A stretch of DNA of 63,852 nt, counting the filler, from Reticulomyxa filosa (Eukaryota > Protista > Foraminifera), in assembly GCA_000512085.1 (NCBI GenBank). It is 20 parts of 20 records of this genome, joined end to end, with 100 filler letters (N's around TTAATTAATTAA, not from the genome) between each part and the next. Parts side by side here need not be neighbours in the genome. Positions count along the whole stretch, not along the records: positions 1 to 2,581 come from ASPP01026910.1; positions 2,682 to 3,936 come from ASPP01022834.1; positions 4,037 to 15,562 come from ASPP01026812.1; 17 more parts are not named here. One strand, written 5' to 3'. A model generated the notes under the pieces. It was given only the letters and a program-made list of their open reading frames with translations, searched no databases and was not told the DNA's origin. The position numbers and the translations under genes were made by a program. Shown here in pieces: positions 1-13,830 of the stretch. Position 1 is the stretch's first letter, and every line of letters starts with the position of its first letter.

Positions 1-405
1 TATCTCTCCCTTTCCTTGAAAAGCCATGGACCAACCAATTATCAACAATGGAGTCACGCCGTCGCTCGCGCCCATGCGAAAAGTAAAAGCGATTTTTATG
101 TTGTGAAATATCGAAAGCACTACGAACCTTATGTTATTGTGCAAAGGAAAGGCTTACGTCTATATGACGAAAGGTTTCGAGGGTATGGCTTGAATAAAGT
201 CATGCACATCAAAATGTTGGCTCAATTGGACCAATTCAAATTTTATGTGTATACCCATGGCTTCCTTCTTGCCAAAGATCATAACCATTCGATTGATGAT
301 ACCACTTGGTCCACACACTCCAAGAAAAAATTTTATAATAAATGGCTTGCGCTCAAAGCAAACTATGAAATTATGCAAGGCCTTGGCACGCCTGTGCTTC
401 TTTGA
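1..405 (+). CDS. Glycosyltransferase family 49 (LARGE/B4GAT1-like), C-terminal fragment
   Basis: Motifs HGPTNYQQW, YEPYVIV and YDERFRGYGLNK..HI are typical of GT49. 5' end lies outside the window; stop TGA 403-405. Confidence 0.75.
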   Translation, partial: YLSLSLKSHGPTNYQQWSHAVARAHAKSKSDFYVVKYRKHYEPYVIVQRKGLRLYDERFRGYGLNKVMHIKMLAQLDQFKFYVYTHGFLLAKDHNHSIDDTTWSTHSKKKFYNKWLALKANYEIMQGLGTPVLL

Positions 406-1059
406 TTTCGAACTTTTCCGGCGGCATTCCCAATTACAACATATTGTAAGCTGTCAGGATTGCATTGTCAATTCTTTTTCTTTTGCACATTTAGTGAGAT
501 CGAAATGTGAATCCCATGGATTCAACAGCAGGCTGTGCTTATTGTCATTTGTTAGGATTGTCTATTGCGATATGTTCATCTGGCTGTGTGAATGTATCAT
601 CCAATTCGATTTTTGCTATGTAATACTTTGCACTTTTGGAGCCAAGAGACTGTCGAAGAGGTTGGCAAAAGTGATTTTTCCTGTAGGATCTTATCTCGTG
701 CCAGTTTTGTAGTGAACAAATAAATAACATACTACGTTTAGAGTTATCACTAGGTGGAAGTATTAGTGCTATCTTATCTTTGATATTTGCTAAAGAGTGG
801 AAAGGAAAATATAACTTTTTGTGCTATATATATTCATATCAAGTAAATGCTTGTGTCGGGCAATATAACCACTTTTTGAATTTTCATTTTTACAACAGCA
901 TCACTTATGTTTTCAACAGTACGTCTTCAATAACAGGTTGTGCACTCAAAAATGAGATTAATGTTCATAAGACCTCCAAACACTAGATCACACAAAAAAC
1001 TTAAAAAAGTTGGCCTTACAATTTTCCTTTTTGGAGTGTGCCCGCGAAACAAATAAAGA

Positions 1060-2117
1060 ATGTTGCGCTATTCTAGTGTTGTTCATAAGCATTTTTATCC
1101 GACCGCTTGTTATTCACTTCAAAAAAGCTGGAGCTCAACATATGAAACGTCGGCCAAAATAAGTAAGCACTTTTCTCACTTTGAGAAAAGCCCAGTCTTA
1201 AAAAAGACCTTGACGGCTTTTGAAGACCAAAACAAACGTACATCATAAGCCAAAAAAAAAAAAGAAAAGCCAGCAGTAGAAGTTTTAATGGTAGTGACGA
1301 ATCATACTTCTTTGGGAAACACAGGCAAGAAAACTGGATGGGTAAGTAAATCAACAAAATTGACTCAATATCGATCCCTTAAAAAAAATAAAAAAAAAAT
1401 AGTATCTCCCGGAAGTGAGTCATCCTTACTATCAATTTATAAAAAGAGGTTACAAGATAAAGTTTGTATCTCCAAAAGGGGGATTAGCAGCAGTTGATCC
1501 CGGAAGTGTGAAGTCTTACGCAAAAGATGAAGAATGTGTGAAGTTCTATAAGGACATGTGCGATTCGAACGGAAATTTGAAAACTGTAGCAATTGGTGAA
1601 TTGAACCCTCTTGGCTACCAAGTTGAATGGAGGCATTTTATTTTGTGTTTTAATATTACGAATGGGGCAGCAGTAATGAAGGGGGAAATATATATGTACA
1701 TAGGTGATAGTGCATGCCGGTGGGCACGGCACTATGTGGGATTTTCCAAACGACAAGCACTTGCAGCGTGCCGGAGAGATGATCTATCGTAATGGTGGTA
1801 TTTTGGCAAGTATTTGCCATGGTCCAGCCGGCATATTGAATCTAAAAGACAGTAAGGGCAGGTATTTGATACAAGGGAAGCACGTCACTGGTTTCAGCAA
1901 TGCTGAGGAAGCTGCTGATGATATGACTTCGGTTATGCCGTATTTGCTTGAGGATGAACTAGTCAAACGTGGTGCAAAGTACTCCAAAGCAAATCAACTT
2001 TGGGCATGTCATGTTGTCAGTGATGAGCGTATCATCACTGGCCAAAATCCAAAGAGTGGGCATTTATTCGGTGAATCTATTATCAAAGCAGTAGATACTT
2101 TTCTCGTAAATTGCTGA
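1060..2117 (+). CDS. DJ-1/PfpI family, Hsp31-like glutathione-independent glyoxalase; 4 exons
   Basis: Exons 1060-1237, 1274 (or 1277)-1341, 1403-1621 and 1704-2117 (all GT-AG) splice to VLMVVTNH..KKTGW|YLPEVSHPY..VSPKGG..AGGHGTMWDF..SICHGP..VTGFSNAEE..ITGQNPKS. Nucleophile Cys-His present. N-terminal extension resembles a transit peptide. Confidence 0.88.
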
Positions 2118-2581
2118 TATAATGTGACTGTTGTGTTGATGTGTATTGCTCTTTCTTCAGTTGGTCCTTACACTCTTGAAAAGTTTGGATGGCTATGTTT
2201 CTTTTGATGAAACTGTTGCAAGACTTAATTCGAAAAACGTGTACTTTCTGTTTATTCGTAGCAAAGAGTTAATTACAACAGAAATTTTCACACAATTATT
2301 GTGCTAGAAAGACTCACTATGTTATCTTCCACATGTATGTTGAAGCTTGAAAGTTATATGACCGAGTTTGTTTAATCGATCTTTTTTTTGGCGTAAAGTA
2401 ATAAAAACAGACTTGGATTTCCATTAAAACTATTCATAATCTAAATTTTTAAAACACTATGCTTTTTAAACTACATTGATTTATTGCGTTAAAAAAAATT
2501 ATAAAAAGTGTTTTTCATGTGCTTAATTTTACATAGCAGTATATATATTTATATTTCAAAAATTAAATATATTATACAGTA

Positions 2582-2681
2582 NNNNNNNNNNNNNNNNNNN
2601 NNNNNNNNNNNNNNNNNNNNNNNNNTTAATTAATTAANNNNNNNNNNNNNNNNNNNNNNNNNNNNNNNNNNNNNNNNNNNN
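2582..2681. other. Artificial contig linker N44-TTAATTAATTAA-N44 (first of 19)
   Basis: Identical six-frame-stop spacer also at 3937, 15563, 18864, 23051, 34416, 35761, 37249, 39444, 44519, 48183, 49305, 50414, 52432, 55771, 57861, 59181, 60283 and 62145 (100 nt each). Confidence 0.98.
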
Positions 2682-4425
2682 AGGAGAGACCACAATAGAC
2701 AAACGTGTTTGTTAGGCCGCGATGACAGCACCTTTTTTTTGAATGGTGTCATTTTGGGTGTGTTGGGTTTACACTGATTCTTTTCTTTCTTTTTCGGCAA
2801 CTGTTGCAGTTTTGCAGAGGAGTATATTGAAGAAGGAATCCTTGAGAAATGAGCTCCATGTTGTATACTTTGGCTTGTTTGGTTGTTTAAAGAAGAGCCA
2901 ACACCATATTCGTAATGTCGAAGAGAACTTTTTCTAAAAAGGGAAAACTTTTTCTTTTCTAGAGAAAAATCATTACTCAAGAAAAAGTAAGGATTTATTC
3001 AAAAAAAACCATTTAAATTTCAATTATCTGTAATTAATCAATTTTTAGAACCAAAAATGAAATACTATACAAAATTTTTAACTATTTTTTTCAATTTGGT
3101 TTTTGTCAAAAATGCCAAAATATTCCAAAAAATTGCAAATTTACATTTTTTTAATAGACATTTATGAATTGTGTCTACGTCTTGTTTAAGAAAAAAGGGT
3201 CTTTTTTTTTTCTTTGGTTGTATCTCTCTTTAGTACCAGTTCATAATTAAGGCGCCAATCGTCTTCTTAGCAAACACTGTATGTCTTTTTTCTTTTTTAA
3301 GTTATTTTGCACTTAAAAAGTGATTTTGTTTTGTTTTGTTTGAACAGTCGCAAACTCCAAAAAAAAAAAAAAAAGACGTCATTTTTGTTTGGATGCTGTG
3401 TATCCTTCTGCAAGAGAAAAAAAATAATTGATTATGGGGTAAGGCCCCCCGTCTCCGCGAGGAGTAATAATGGTTTGATCTAAATTTATACGTGTTTTTT
3501 TTTTTGACGTATCGACTTTGTTTGTTCTTTGATCAACAGCCGCAACCCGTCTGTTCAAAAAAAAATAAAATGTATACTTCCAACTCCCAACTCCCATCAA
3601 AGAAAAATTTCGGGGTTGAAGCCACCCCGCATTGCAAAAAAAATGAAACGGTTTGTTTCTTTTATTTATTTTATTTGTGATTTTTTTTATCAAATATTTG
3701 TGTGTTGTCAATAGGCATGCACCCGTCAACAACAAATTTCATTTACCCCCTCCCCGTTACAAAAACAAAAAAAAGAAATAGATGATTGTAATTGGAGCTT
3801 TTAGTTCCACGACAAAAGTATGCTTTTGTTTGTTCTTGTTAAAAATAAAAAAGAATGTCAATTTGTGATTTATGTATAGTGTTCAATGATCAAAAAAAAT
3901 ATTGTAAAGTTTTTATTTTTTTTATTTTTTATTTTTNNNNNNNNNNNNNNNNNNNNNNNNNNNNNNNNNNNNNNNNNNNNTTAATTAATTAANNNNNNNN
4001 NNNNNNNNNNNNNNNNNNNNNNNNNNNNNNNNNNNNTATGTTATGCTCTTTGTCAGCTGAAGTAAAGGAAAAATCAAGTTGTTATTGTTGTAGATATTTA
4101 GTATCAATGGAATAAGACAGATATTTGCTTTTTTAAAAAATTTTTGTAATTAGTTGTCAAATTTAAATCTTTGAGAAAGTTTCATTAAATTAAATAAATA
4201 TATATTAACGTGGATTAATGTTTATTGTCAAGACTGAAAATCCGACGAGCAACAAACAGTTACATTTGTGAAAAGTTTTTAAAAATTAGGGATACTTGCC
4301 TATCAAGTTGTTTTTCTTAGAGGCATTTTGTAACTAAGTCTATTCTTTTTTTTGCAATCTTTGGCACGGTGCGTCAAGGTGCTCACCATCCAAGCTTTCT
4401 TGGATTCGGAACTCTTGTCAAGTGT

Positions 4426-4848
4426 TCAAATTTTTCGGGGGCTCAATGTCAACGAGTCCATGGCCGCAATCAATTCCAATAAGTCGGCGTTTATAGCAGG
4501 CGGTGACATTGCTTTGAATTCTCCTGTTTTGCGTTTTGGTTTTTTTGTAACCGGTACAACTGCAGGCTGGTGCTGAAAACTTGGACTTGTGCTGTCAGAA
4601 GATTTTTGCAATTTTTCCAACGTCCAATTGGTGCCGTACGTTTCGGAGGTCATAGATCCCATCAACTGATTTTCACTTGTTGTGCAGTTTTCAATATGAG
4701 TCGAAGTGGGTTGTGCAAAATTCCAAGTTTTCTTGTTAGATATAGATAATGGCTTTGCTTTCTGTTTTGTGGACTTGGCTTGCAATTGAGTAAATTTCGA
4801 GTTTTTGCCATACGACTTAACTCGCGTAGTTTTCTGTAATGAGGACAT
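4426..4848 (-). CDS. Hypothetical Ser/Thr/Lys-rich protein (140 aa)
   Basis: ATG-initiated ORF with higher GC than its flanks, divergent from UTP4; no recognisable motif. Confidence 0.45.
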   Translation of the reverse strand: MSSLQKTTRVKSYGKNSKFTQLQAKSTKQKAKPLSISNKKTWNFAQPTSTHIENCTTSENQLMGSMTSETYGTNWTLEKLQKSSDSTSPSFQHQPAVVPVTKKPKRKTGEFKAMSPPAINADLLELIAAMDSLTLSPRKI

Positions 4849-5425
4849 TGTAAAAAGAATTTTTTACTTGAGAATACAAAGCTTTTTACGAAATTTGAAA
4901 AGCAAAACAAATACAAGAAAAGGTTTGTACTTATGACGTCACTTTGATCTTTTGTGTCTCAAAAAATTATGACATTTTTAAATATTTTAGGATGAAATAA
5001 AAAATAAGATTTGTAAAGAACTATCAAAAATTAGCAATCTAATACCGACTGTGTAGCTTTCCAACCTTTAATAAACCAGATTCATATAATCATTTGGGCG
5101 AAAAAGTGAATAGTGTTTAAAAATTCTTTTCACACTTGGTTTTAGATTAAGTTATTGTAAATCTGTGTATTGTTTACCAAAAGATCTAAAAAATACCCCT
5201 AACAAAAAAATATAATATTCTTTGTTACGGCGATAGTATGAATAGAAAGAGGAAAATGTCTGAGTATATGAAGTTTGGCCGAAAATATAGTTTCGACGCG
5301 GTGCTAAAGGTAAAAAAAAAAAGGGAGATGGAAAAAGGCTAGTGAAAAAAATATTGTCTGCATCATTTTATCAATCCATTTGAATATCTTTTTTTAAAAA
5401 AAAGCCGAGCAAGATACCTAAATAA

Positions 5426-7476
5426 ATGTCCAACGTAGAAAACGTGGATGATAATACAAAACCAGATGTAAATGCAGACCAGGCCGAGGTGTCAGCCCCG
5501 GCAGCCACAACGGCAATAACTGTCAAGCCACCAACAGAAACTAAACAAAAAGCTAAAAAAGCAAAAAAGAAGCCTAAGATTGAAGCGAAGAAAAGAGTAG
5601 ACAAAACAACACCATCAACAACAGCAACAGCGACACCCAAAGTCGCAATTCCAATCCCAACAATTGCAGCACAAACAGAGAGAGCCGTACCAACAAAGAT
5701 AAAGACAAACGTGTCAGCAGTAGCAAAGAAACCTGAACTGAAACATGCACTCTTATCATACGCAGATACAAATGTAAATGGAAAATTGAAAGTAGCGAAA
5801 GAAAAGTCGAAAGTGACGGTGCACGTGTTTCAAGGAGTGGACTACCACCCGTCGGCGATAGCAAGCACGGCGCTGCATTGGAGTGACGACTACGGCGCAG
5901 TGGGACGAGAGAATGGGAACATTGAGGTGTGGGACCTGACGGGGTCGTACATTCAGCGCGTGATCCCCGGCGAGGGGCCGAACACAGCTAGGTGTGTATC
6001 GTTTGTGAAGACGAGACGTCCGGGCGAGCCTTTTCGTCTGCTGAGCGCCGGTCTGCACGGATGGGTGCATGACTGGGATATGGAGCGTCTGTCCATCCGA
6101 AGCAAAGTCGGGACGGAGGGTTATGCCGTTTGGTGTATGGCAGTCCAAGAGCTGGAGGGGGCCTTTTTGAACAAAAAAAAAAGTTGAAGTCGAACATAAA
6201 GGAGAGATTAATGGTAATGAAACAAATAGCAACAGCAATAGCAATGGCAATGGAAAGATAGAAGGACAACAAGGAAATTTCCAAAGCCAATATTACGATG
6301 GGTATACGGAAGAGATTGCCCGAATTGCCGTAGGCTGCGATGATGGAATAGTGCGAGTGTACAAGCTGTGCGACGAGATTGTGAATGCGAAGCGCAGACC
6401 CATGGAAGTTGTGTCGACGTTCCAGTACGAAGCGTCACTGGCAGCGACGACGCCAAAGAGCTTGCATCGAGGAGGGGGTCGCTGCTTAAGTGTGGCCTGG
6501 GGCGACGATTGCATTCGTCATATACTGTTTGCTGGGACTTCGGACGGACATATTGTCGTGTTTGATATGAATACAATGGCTGTGACCCAACGCATTGTAG
6601 TGGCGCCATCGCCCCTGGGTGGGGGAGGTCCTGGCAATCATCGTCATTACAATCATCATCGTAATAATAATAATAATTGGCATCATCATCATCATCAACA
6701 AAAGGGATCCATCACTACCAAACCCTTGATCTGGTCGCTCACGTGTCTGACCAAAGGTACCGAAATCGCGTGCTCCACGTCGCGCGGCACCGTCGACATT
6801 TACAGCGTAGCCTTTGGCACTTTGGTTCAGTCCTGTCATGTCGGCACCTCAGACATTGTCAGCTTGCAGTATGTGTGCAGAGAGGATCGTACACCTGCTC
6901 ACGACATGGATGAGGATTATCATTACTCTCAGAATCATTGGCATAATTATCATCGTCGTCGTTTTAGTGGTAATAATAGAAACAATAACAATAATAATAA
7001 TAATAAGAATAATAAGAATAATAAGAATATGAATGATCGACGAATAGTTGAAATATTGGTCGCAGGGTGCAATGATGGACGGGTAGTCGAACTGACCAGA
7101 AAAACCAATGAACATATACCCAACACGGAAGTGCTGATGGATTACGTGGTGAAAAGCGTGACACAGAGCACATTCATCGAGACAAGCCACCATCGGTATC
7201 ACACGCATGACGTGTCGACGGTGAGCGCCTCCTCCAAGTACGTGCTGTCGGGCGGGGTGGACTGTCAACTGATCATTTGCGACACGAGGGACTTTTGGAA
7301 GCATCACATTTGCTCGCCCCTGGCCATCGGATATCATAACAATAGCGACCGCAATACCGCCTTGTTGTCCTTGGTAAGCAGTGTTGATTACGTCAGTCAA
7401 GTTTTGCCTTTTGAAAGTCCAGTGTCTCGTCCAAGCAAAGAGAGTAATGTATCAGAACGGAACTTTTTCAATACTG

Positions 7477-7513
<37 letters not shown>

Positions 7514-9121
7514 TAATAATAATTCTGTTTGGCATCCCTTTGCTCATCTGCTCATGCATCAAAATGACACCTATTTGGACATATGGCACTTTTATTCTGT
7601 TTCGTCCGCTGTCGTCGAGCCGATCAAGCTGCTACACATCGACCCCGATTTCAAAGACGGTAACATCTTGTGCAGCGACATATCCGAAGATGGACGGTGG
7701 ATTGTGGTCGCCAATAGCCATTGCATCAAATTGTTCGATGTCCAAATCGACAAGAAGCCGCAGTCGCAAAATCAGTCGCTCAAAGGCATTGCTTTACGAA
7801 AGGTCTTTGAAACCACGCAGCGTGGCGCCACATGCGTGGCCTTTTCCAAAGATAGCACCTTCTTGTGGCTTGCTCCGACGTACTCGACGCGTCGTCACAA
7901 AACCAAGGCTGGCGCGAATGCGGTCGTAAACGACGAACCGGACGAGAACAAGAAGGAAAGTCCACTCCACAAAGGCAAAACGGTCGCCACGATCTTGGAC
8001 GAAAACGAAGACAACAACAGCACTATCCTCGTGCTCAAATTGAAACGAGACACGAATAGCGTGGATTGCTGGATCCACGCCTCCACGCACTTGGGCGAGT
8101 CGTTTGGCTATTACATGATCAGTGCGCTGTCCATCGCGGATTGTCCTGAATTCAACGAGCTCATCTGTGGAAAGTGTGCTGTTATCATTCCGACCATTGC
8201 CAAGGGTATGGCTATTGAGGTTTTTAGAAACGACACAGTAATAACTACAAGTACTACTACTACTACTACTACTACTATTGCTACTTTGAATAAGAATCTC
8301 CCACTGGGCATTTTTGAAGCCCCTCCAGGGTTGGATAAATGCAATGTCGCGTCTGTCGCATTTCGAGGCATCAAAAAAAAAAAATTGAGTGGTGTGTCAC
8401 ATATGCAAACAATGATATTAAAATATTTTTTAATGATTACGAAAAACCCATTGATATACAAACGACGGCTAATGGCAAGGACAAAAAAGATGATAAAAAA
8501 AATAATAATAATAATAATAATAATGATGATGATAATAATAATGATAAAAGTAAAAATAAGTATACGTCACTTAACTTCAGTGACTCATGGCAATTGCATC
8601 CCTGGTGTTCCAACAATCAAAACGTATGGAGGTCACACACTGAGCACTCCAAATTTGCCTTCCTCAATTTTACTTTCAATTTTCATGCTGCTCACAAAAT
8701 TGTGTTGGTTCGTCCCGAATACTTATTCACCGTTCCTTTGAACAAAGACATGGAACCACACCAACCCTATCGCGCCATCGGACTCAAGCGCAAATTCCCC
8801 GACTCCCCATTTCAAGAAAATCCCGGATTCAACTCCAAACGACTTAAGATTGATCAACTTGTGCCCTCTCCTTTTGACAAAACGTTCAAAGAGAGCGAAA
8901 TCCATAACATGGTCGACTTCAAGAGACGAAAGGCTCCACGTTCCAAAAACGGCATCAATGCTGCTCGCGATCCTTCGGCCCTCAAGGTGATCAGGAAATA
9001 TGATCCTTTGCTTATGGCCACTTATGTCGGTCCAGACACTTTATTGATTGTTCACCTACGTTGGAGCAAAGTTGCCAACAAATTCAAATCACCCATTTAC
9101 AGAAAACTGTATGGCACGTAA
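5426..9121 (+). CDS. UTP4: U3 snoRNP/SSU processome WD40 protein UTP4 (cirhin), intronless, with two apparent frameshifts in poly-A runs
   Basis: N-terminal VHVFQGVDYHPSAI..AVGRENGNIEVWD, RLLSAGLHG, HTHDV..SGGVD and C-terminal YDPLL..IYRKLYGT* match UTP4. The three ORFs join at A10 (6173-6182) and A12 (8373-8384). Confidence 0.85.
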
Positions 9122-11014
9122 AAAAAAAAAAAAAGTATGTTTTTTTGTAAACTCCACTGCACAATATTATTCTCAGTTCCGCTGTTGTTGTTGTTGCTTC
9201 TTCTAGCATCCACATTTTTCTTGATTTATTTACTTCTCGTGAGAAGGGGAGGGTACATAATTTTTTTTTTTTTTTAGTGCAGTAAAAGCGAGTTACTTGT
9301 TTGGCCTGAAAAACTGAAAGAAAAAAAAAATATTGTGTGTTACTTGTCTGTATAATTGAATTATTGGTTTATAGAGGGAAATTTTATGTAAAATTACCTC
9401 TTTTATTGCAATGATTATGTGTGTTTAGTAACACGATTTTGACGACTCCCACAATATACGTTTATACTGCCTTCGCATGTGAGCCTTTTTTCACTTTTTT
9501 TTTTGAGTCTTGTTTTGTAGTTGTTGAAAAGTTAATCTGTTCAGACATTTTTATACTCCTTTCGACTGCGATTGCCCTAGCTCTCCACAATCCTTTTCCT
9601 AAAACACAATGAGCATTTTTTTGTTTATCTTTTGCTTTGGCAGTACAAAACAAATTTGGTGAACGTCTCAAGTAAATGCCATTCGTTGTCAACTGTGAAA
9701 AGTTTTTTCAATTGGCTACTATCAAAAAATTGGCAAAAAAGTCTTCGATTTCCGTGTTATCGTCAAAATAATAAAAATAACAAATATTAATTGATAATCA
9801 AATTGATACAATATTGTTCACTTTTGCAGCATTTGTTAGCTTATTTCAAAATAACTTTAATATGCCGACATTCACACAAAAGACCAACAAATAGACCACA
9901 ACTTTGAAAAAAGTAAACTTTCAATTTTTGTGATTGCTCGTATCACATTTGTGGCATTTGTTATGATCTTGTATGACAACGACATACTAACTAGATCAAA
10001 GTGTGAACTTTTTTATTACTAAAACTGTTCACTTTCACTAAAAGTTTTTTTATTGTTCTTTATTTTCATTTTTGTATCTAGTGATTTATCTTTTTATTTA
10101 ATTTTTTTTATTGAATATTCATTTCGTAGCAATTATTTCGTATTACACTTAAGTAATCAATCTAATACAGTACTTTTTATATATGCTGCCATTAAGAATC
10201 ATTATTCTATCAAACAATATTTGATTAAGTGTAGACTAAACCAATAAAAAAAAATTATAGTAAAGAAAATAACTTTCATCAATATAATTTTTCACAATTG
10301 ATCAACTAATTTGTAAGTTATAAAAATAAAAAATAAACTCAAACTGAAACATCTTGCAAGTAGATGTAGCATGAACAGAAATAGAATTAAAGTGATGTTA
10401 TAAATCTATTACTGTATGACACAAATATTTCAGACTAAACTTCAAGTCATTAGTACAATCGTTTGAATTATAAGTACTTTATTAATTGTTTTTTTTGAAA
10501 AACTGAACATAAAAATCTTTCATTTTTCGTTAAAAAATTGACAATATTAACTTGTTTTTGATCAGCCAACATTATTTTTTCTTGTACGATAAAACATTGT
10601 AATGAATAAGAAAAGAACAAAAAACTAAATCACAAAGATTTTTTTAGAAAAACCCCTAAACTTCTCGAGTTTTTTTTTACAAGTATTTCGCAATTCCACT
10701 AAAATTCAAAATTAGACATGAAAATACCGTTCAGAAGCAAATATGCTTTAATTTTAATTCTATGAAATTTGCAGTAGAATTAAAGAGTGTAATTCTTCTT
10801 GATGAAAAAAAAAAAAGCAGCCCTTTTGAATTAAGTCCTTATTAAATTAATTGGTAATATCCATTGTCTTTTAGGAAGCAAATAAAATTTTTTTTTCAAA
10901 TTAAACTATTAGACAATCTTTGTTTTGCACTTAAAAACTGGGTGCGTAAGACGAAGGTACCTGTTCCTATAGAAAAACTTTTTTGATTGAGATCTTATTT
11001 AAAAAAAAATTATC

Positions 11015-13830
11015 ATGGAGAGAGAGCTGAAGTTTAACGGACCAAGATCTTTTGGATTTCGTGTGCGAAGTACAGTTCGCATGATTTTATTTTTTCCAAC
11101 TTTTGGTTTGTACTTGACTGGAGCAACCATTCTAGCGTTGTTCTTGCGAGGAGGGAAGACATTTGCGCGAACATTTTTGGTGTGGTATACATTGAACCGT
11201 TTATTCATTGGTTTTCTGTTGTTGATGTTATGGCGTATGTTGCGCATTTCCATTGAGTGGTGCATTTCAGCAATGGATTGTATTTTGCGCACTCCAGCGG
11301 AGAACGATTTATTGGACAGACATGAGACAACCCTTTCCTATGACGAGTGGCTTTTTACAGGACAGCAATTGGATAATTTGAACGAGCAAATCTCTTCATG
11401 GAAAAAAACCCGTATGAGCAACGACTACGACTGGGAATTGTTATTGAAGCAATTGGACAATATTCACATTGGTAACATAATTCAGTATATATATATATAT
11501 GGGAGATGCGTGTGTTTTGTAAAAGGGGTTCAAAAAAAAAAAAAAAAAAAAGAATTTAGGACCCTTCCACTTTTCTTTGTTTCTTGTATAAACAAATTTG
11601 TTGAAATAAAATGACATTGTTTATCTATTAACTAACTAACTAAAAAAAAAAAAAGCCAAGCGTGACGGAGATATTCGTAAGATGATGCAGACGATATCCA
11701 ATGTGTTTCGTCGCAGCTTTTGTTCATTACATAATCGACATTTGTATACACAGTCGTACACGGGCACGAAGTCGGCGATAGAGACGTATTACAAGGAAGT
11801 GATAGAATGTATCGACATGATCGTGGAAGGAGGCGAAGGCAAGACCAGAAGCAATAGCAACAGTAATAGTAACAGTAACAGTAACAGTAACAATAACAAT
11901 AACAATAACAGTAACAACAATAGCAATAGCAATGATCACGAGAAGCATACGTCCACATCAAACAATGAAGGCGTAGTCCCCGTTGCATTACAAACCCGTG
12001 ATGACGACGTGTTCGAAGAGGAAACTCAAAAGTCCACACACGACGATACAATGACCACACCTTACGAAAGCATCGGCTTCCCCTTGCAACTGAGCCGGAA
12101 AAACTCGCTTGTTAGCATCAACGATCGCATCGACTTTTTCTATCGATGCAAAAAAAGCTTGGGTCGCACCGCTTTGTGTCTGTCCGGAGGAGGAGCTTTA
12201 GCCATGACCCATGCCGGTGTTATTCGAGCTTTGATCAAAGGCAAATGTTTACCCAAAGTTATCTCAGGTTATTAAAAAAGTACATAATACATATATTATA
12301 TATATATATATATATATTGTATTATGTATTATGTACTAATAAACTTTCCTCACAACAACAACAACAACACGATAACAATAAAATACCATTAAAAAAAAAA
12401 AAAAAAAAAAGGACAAGTGGCGGAGCGATCATTGGTGGGTATTTGGCCACGGTCAGCGACGAAGAGCTGTCGGAGAATTTAGATGGCGTCTTTGGCTACC
12501 AAATGGCGAACAGATTTGGCGTTCGATTTTTGCCCACATTTTGGGAACAACTGACCGGTGCGTATCGCAATCGCGTGTTAATGGACTCGAAAGACTTTGT
12601 TGTCGCGGTGAAGAAATACGTCGGGAATATGACGTTCATGGACGCGTATATCAAGACAAAACGTCACGTCAGCATTTGTGTGGCCTATTCGACGAAAAAT
12701 ACTCCCGACAAGTCCCATGCCCACGCTCTCGTGCTGAACCATATCACCGCCCCGGACACACTCATTTGGAGTGCGGTCACCGCCAGTTGCGCTTTGCCCG
12801 GACTCATGGCCCCGCAGCAATTGTATATGCGATCGTCCAAAGGTAAAGTGGAGCCTTACTATCCTGACGGTGTACAATGGGTGGATGGGTCTATCCAAGC
12901 TGACATTCCTTTGCAACAATTGCAAGAAATGTTTCGCGCAAATTACTTTGTAGTGTCTCAAGTTAATTGATTATAACAATAACACAATTAACGTATACAT
13001 ATACATAAATGTATATACGTATCTAATTTATGTATATATATTTTTATATTTATATTTATATAATTGTATAAGTCCAAACCCTTTTCCATTCATATATATG
13101 CAATGGACACAATTTGTATTGATAGGTAAATCCACACGTCACTCCGTTTTTGATAACAAACCAAGACGAATCTTCGGGCGTTCGGGTGGGCAAAGTGAAA
13201 GGTGGTTTTGGAGTGCAAATTGTGGAAATGTTGGACGATTTGGCGAATCAAACAGTGAACCATCAACTGGACCGATTGGTGCGCTTGAAAGCGATCCCGG
13301 CGGTGTATGGACACAACTTTGAAAAATTTGCCAGACAAAATTTCAGTGGCGATATCACCATTGTCCCCAAATTTCCTTTGAACTTGCGTTTCAAAATCTT
13401 GTCGCATCCAACGGAGGATGACATGATGCAATACATTGCCATCGGAGAAAAGGCCACGTGGAAACATCTGTCGCAAATCCAAGACATGTTACGTATCGAA
13501 AGGGCAATTGACGAAGCCATACTAAAATTGAAGGCAACACGAAGGGACATGTTGGGAATAACCGAATCTCCAAACTCGCATGACATTACCAATGGCAATT
13601 TCACGGGAGCCACGGTTAATGGTTTCGACAAAGATTTGAGTGGCGCTGATCATTATCGCTATAATTACGACAGCACATGGGACTTATCCGAAGGCTATCG
13701 ACTTCGAAAAGAAAAACAAAAGGTCAAAGAAACTGGAGAAAAAGATGTCAACACAACCCAACAAAACTCTCACCATGACGATGATCAATCGCAACACAGT
13801 AATGGCACGCAAGAGATTGAAAGTAAATGA
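11015..13830 (+). CDS. Patatin-like triacylglycerol lipase (TGL3/TGL4/SDP1 family); 4 exons
   Basis: Exons 11015-11471, 11656-12267, ~12411-12961 and 13126-13830. Motifs GRTALCLSGGG (oxyanion), ISG|TSGG (GxSxG), WSAVTASCALPG, VDGS, VSQ|VNPHV and GDITIVP; N-terminal TM segments. Confidence 0.9.

Noticed and set aside
6173-8384. Euplotes-like programmed frameshifting in UTP4
   Set aside because: The shifts go in opposite directions, there is no AAA-TAR motif, and similar one-base homopolymer slips occur at 12411 and 42623. This fits sequencing error.
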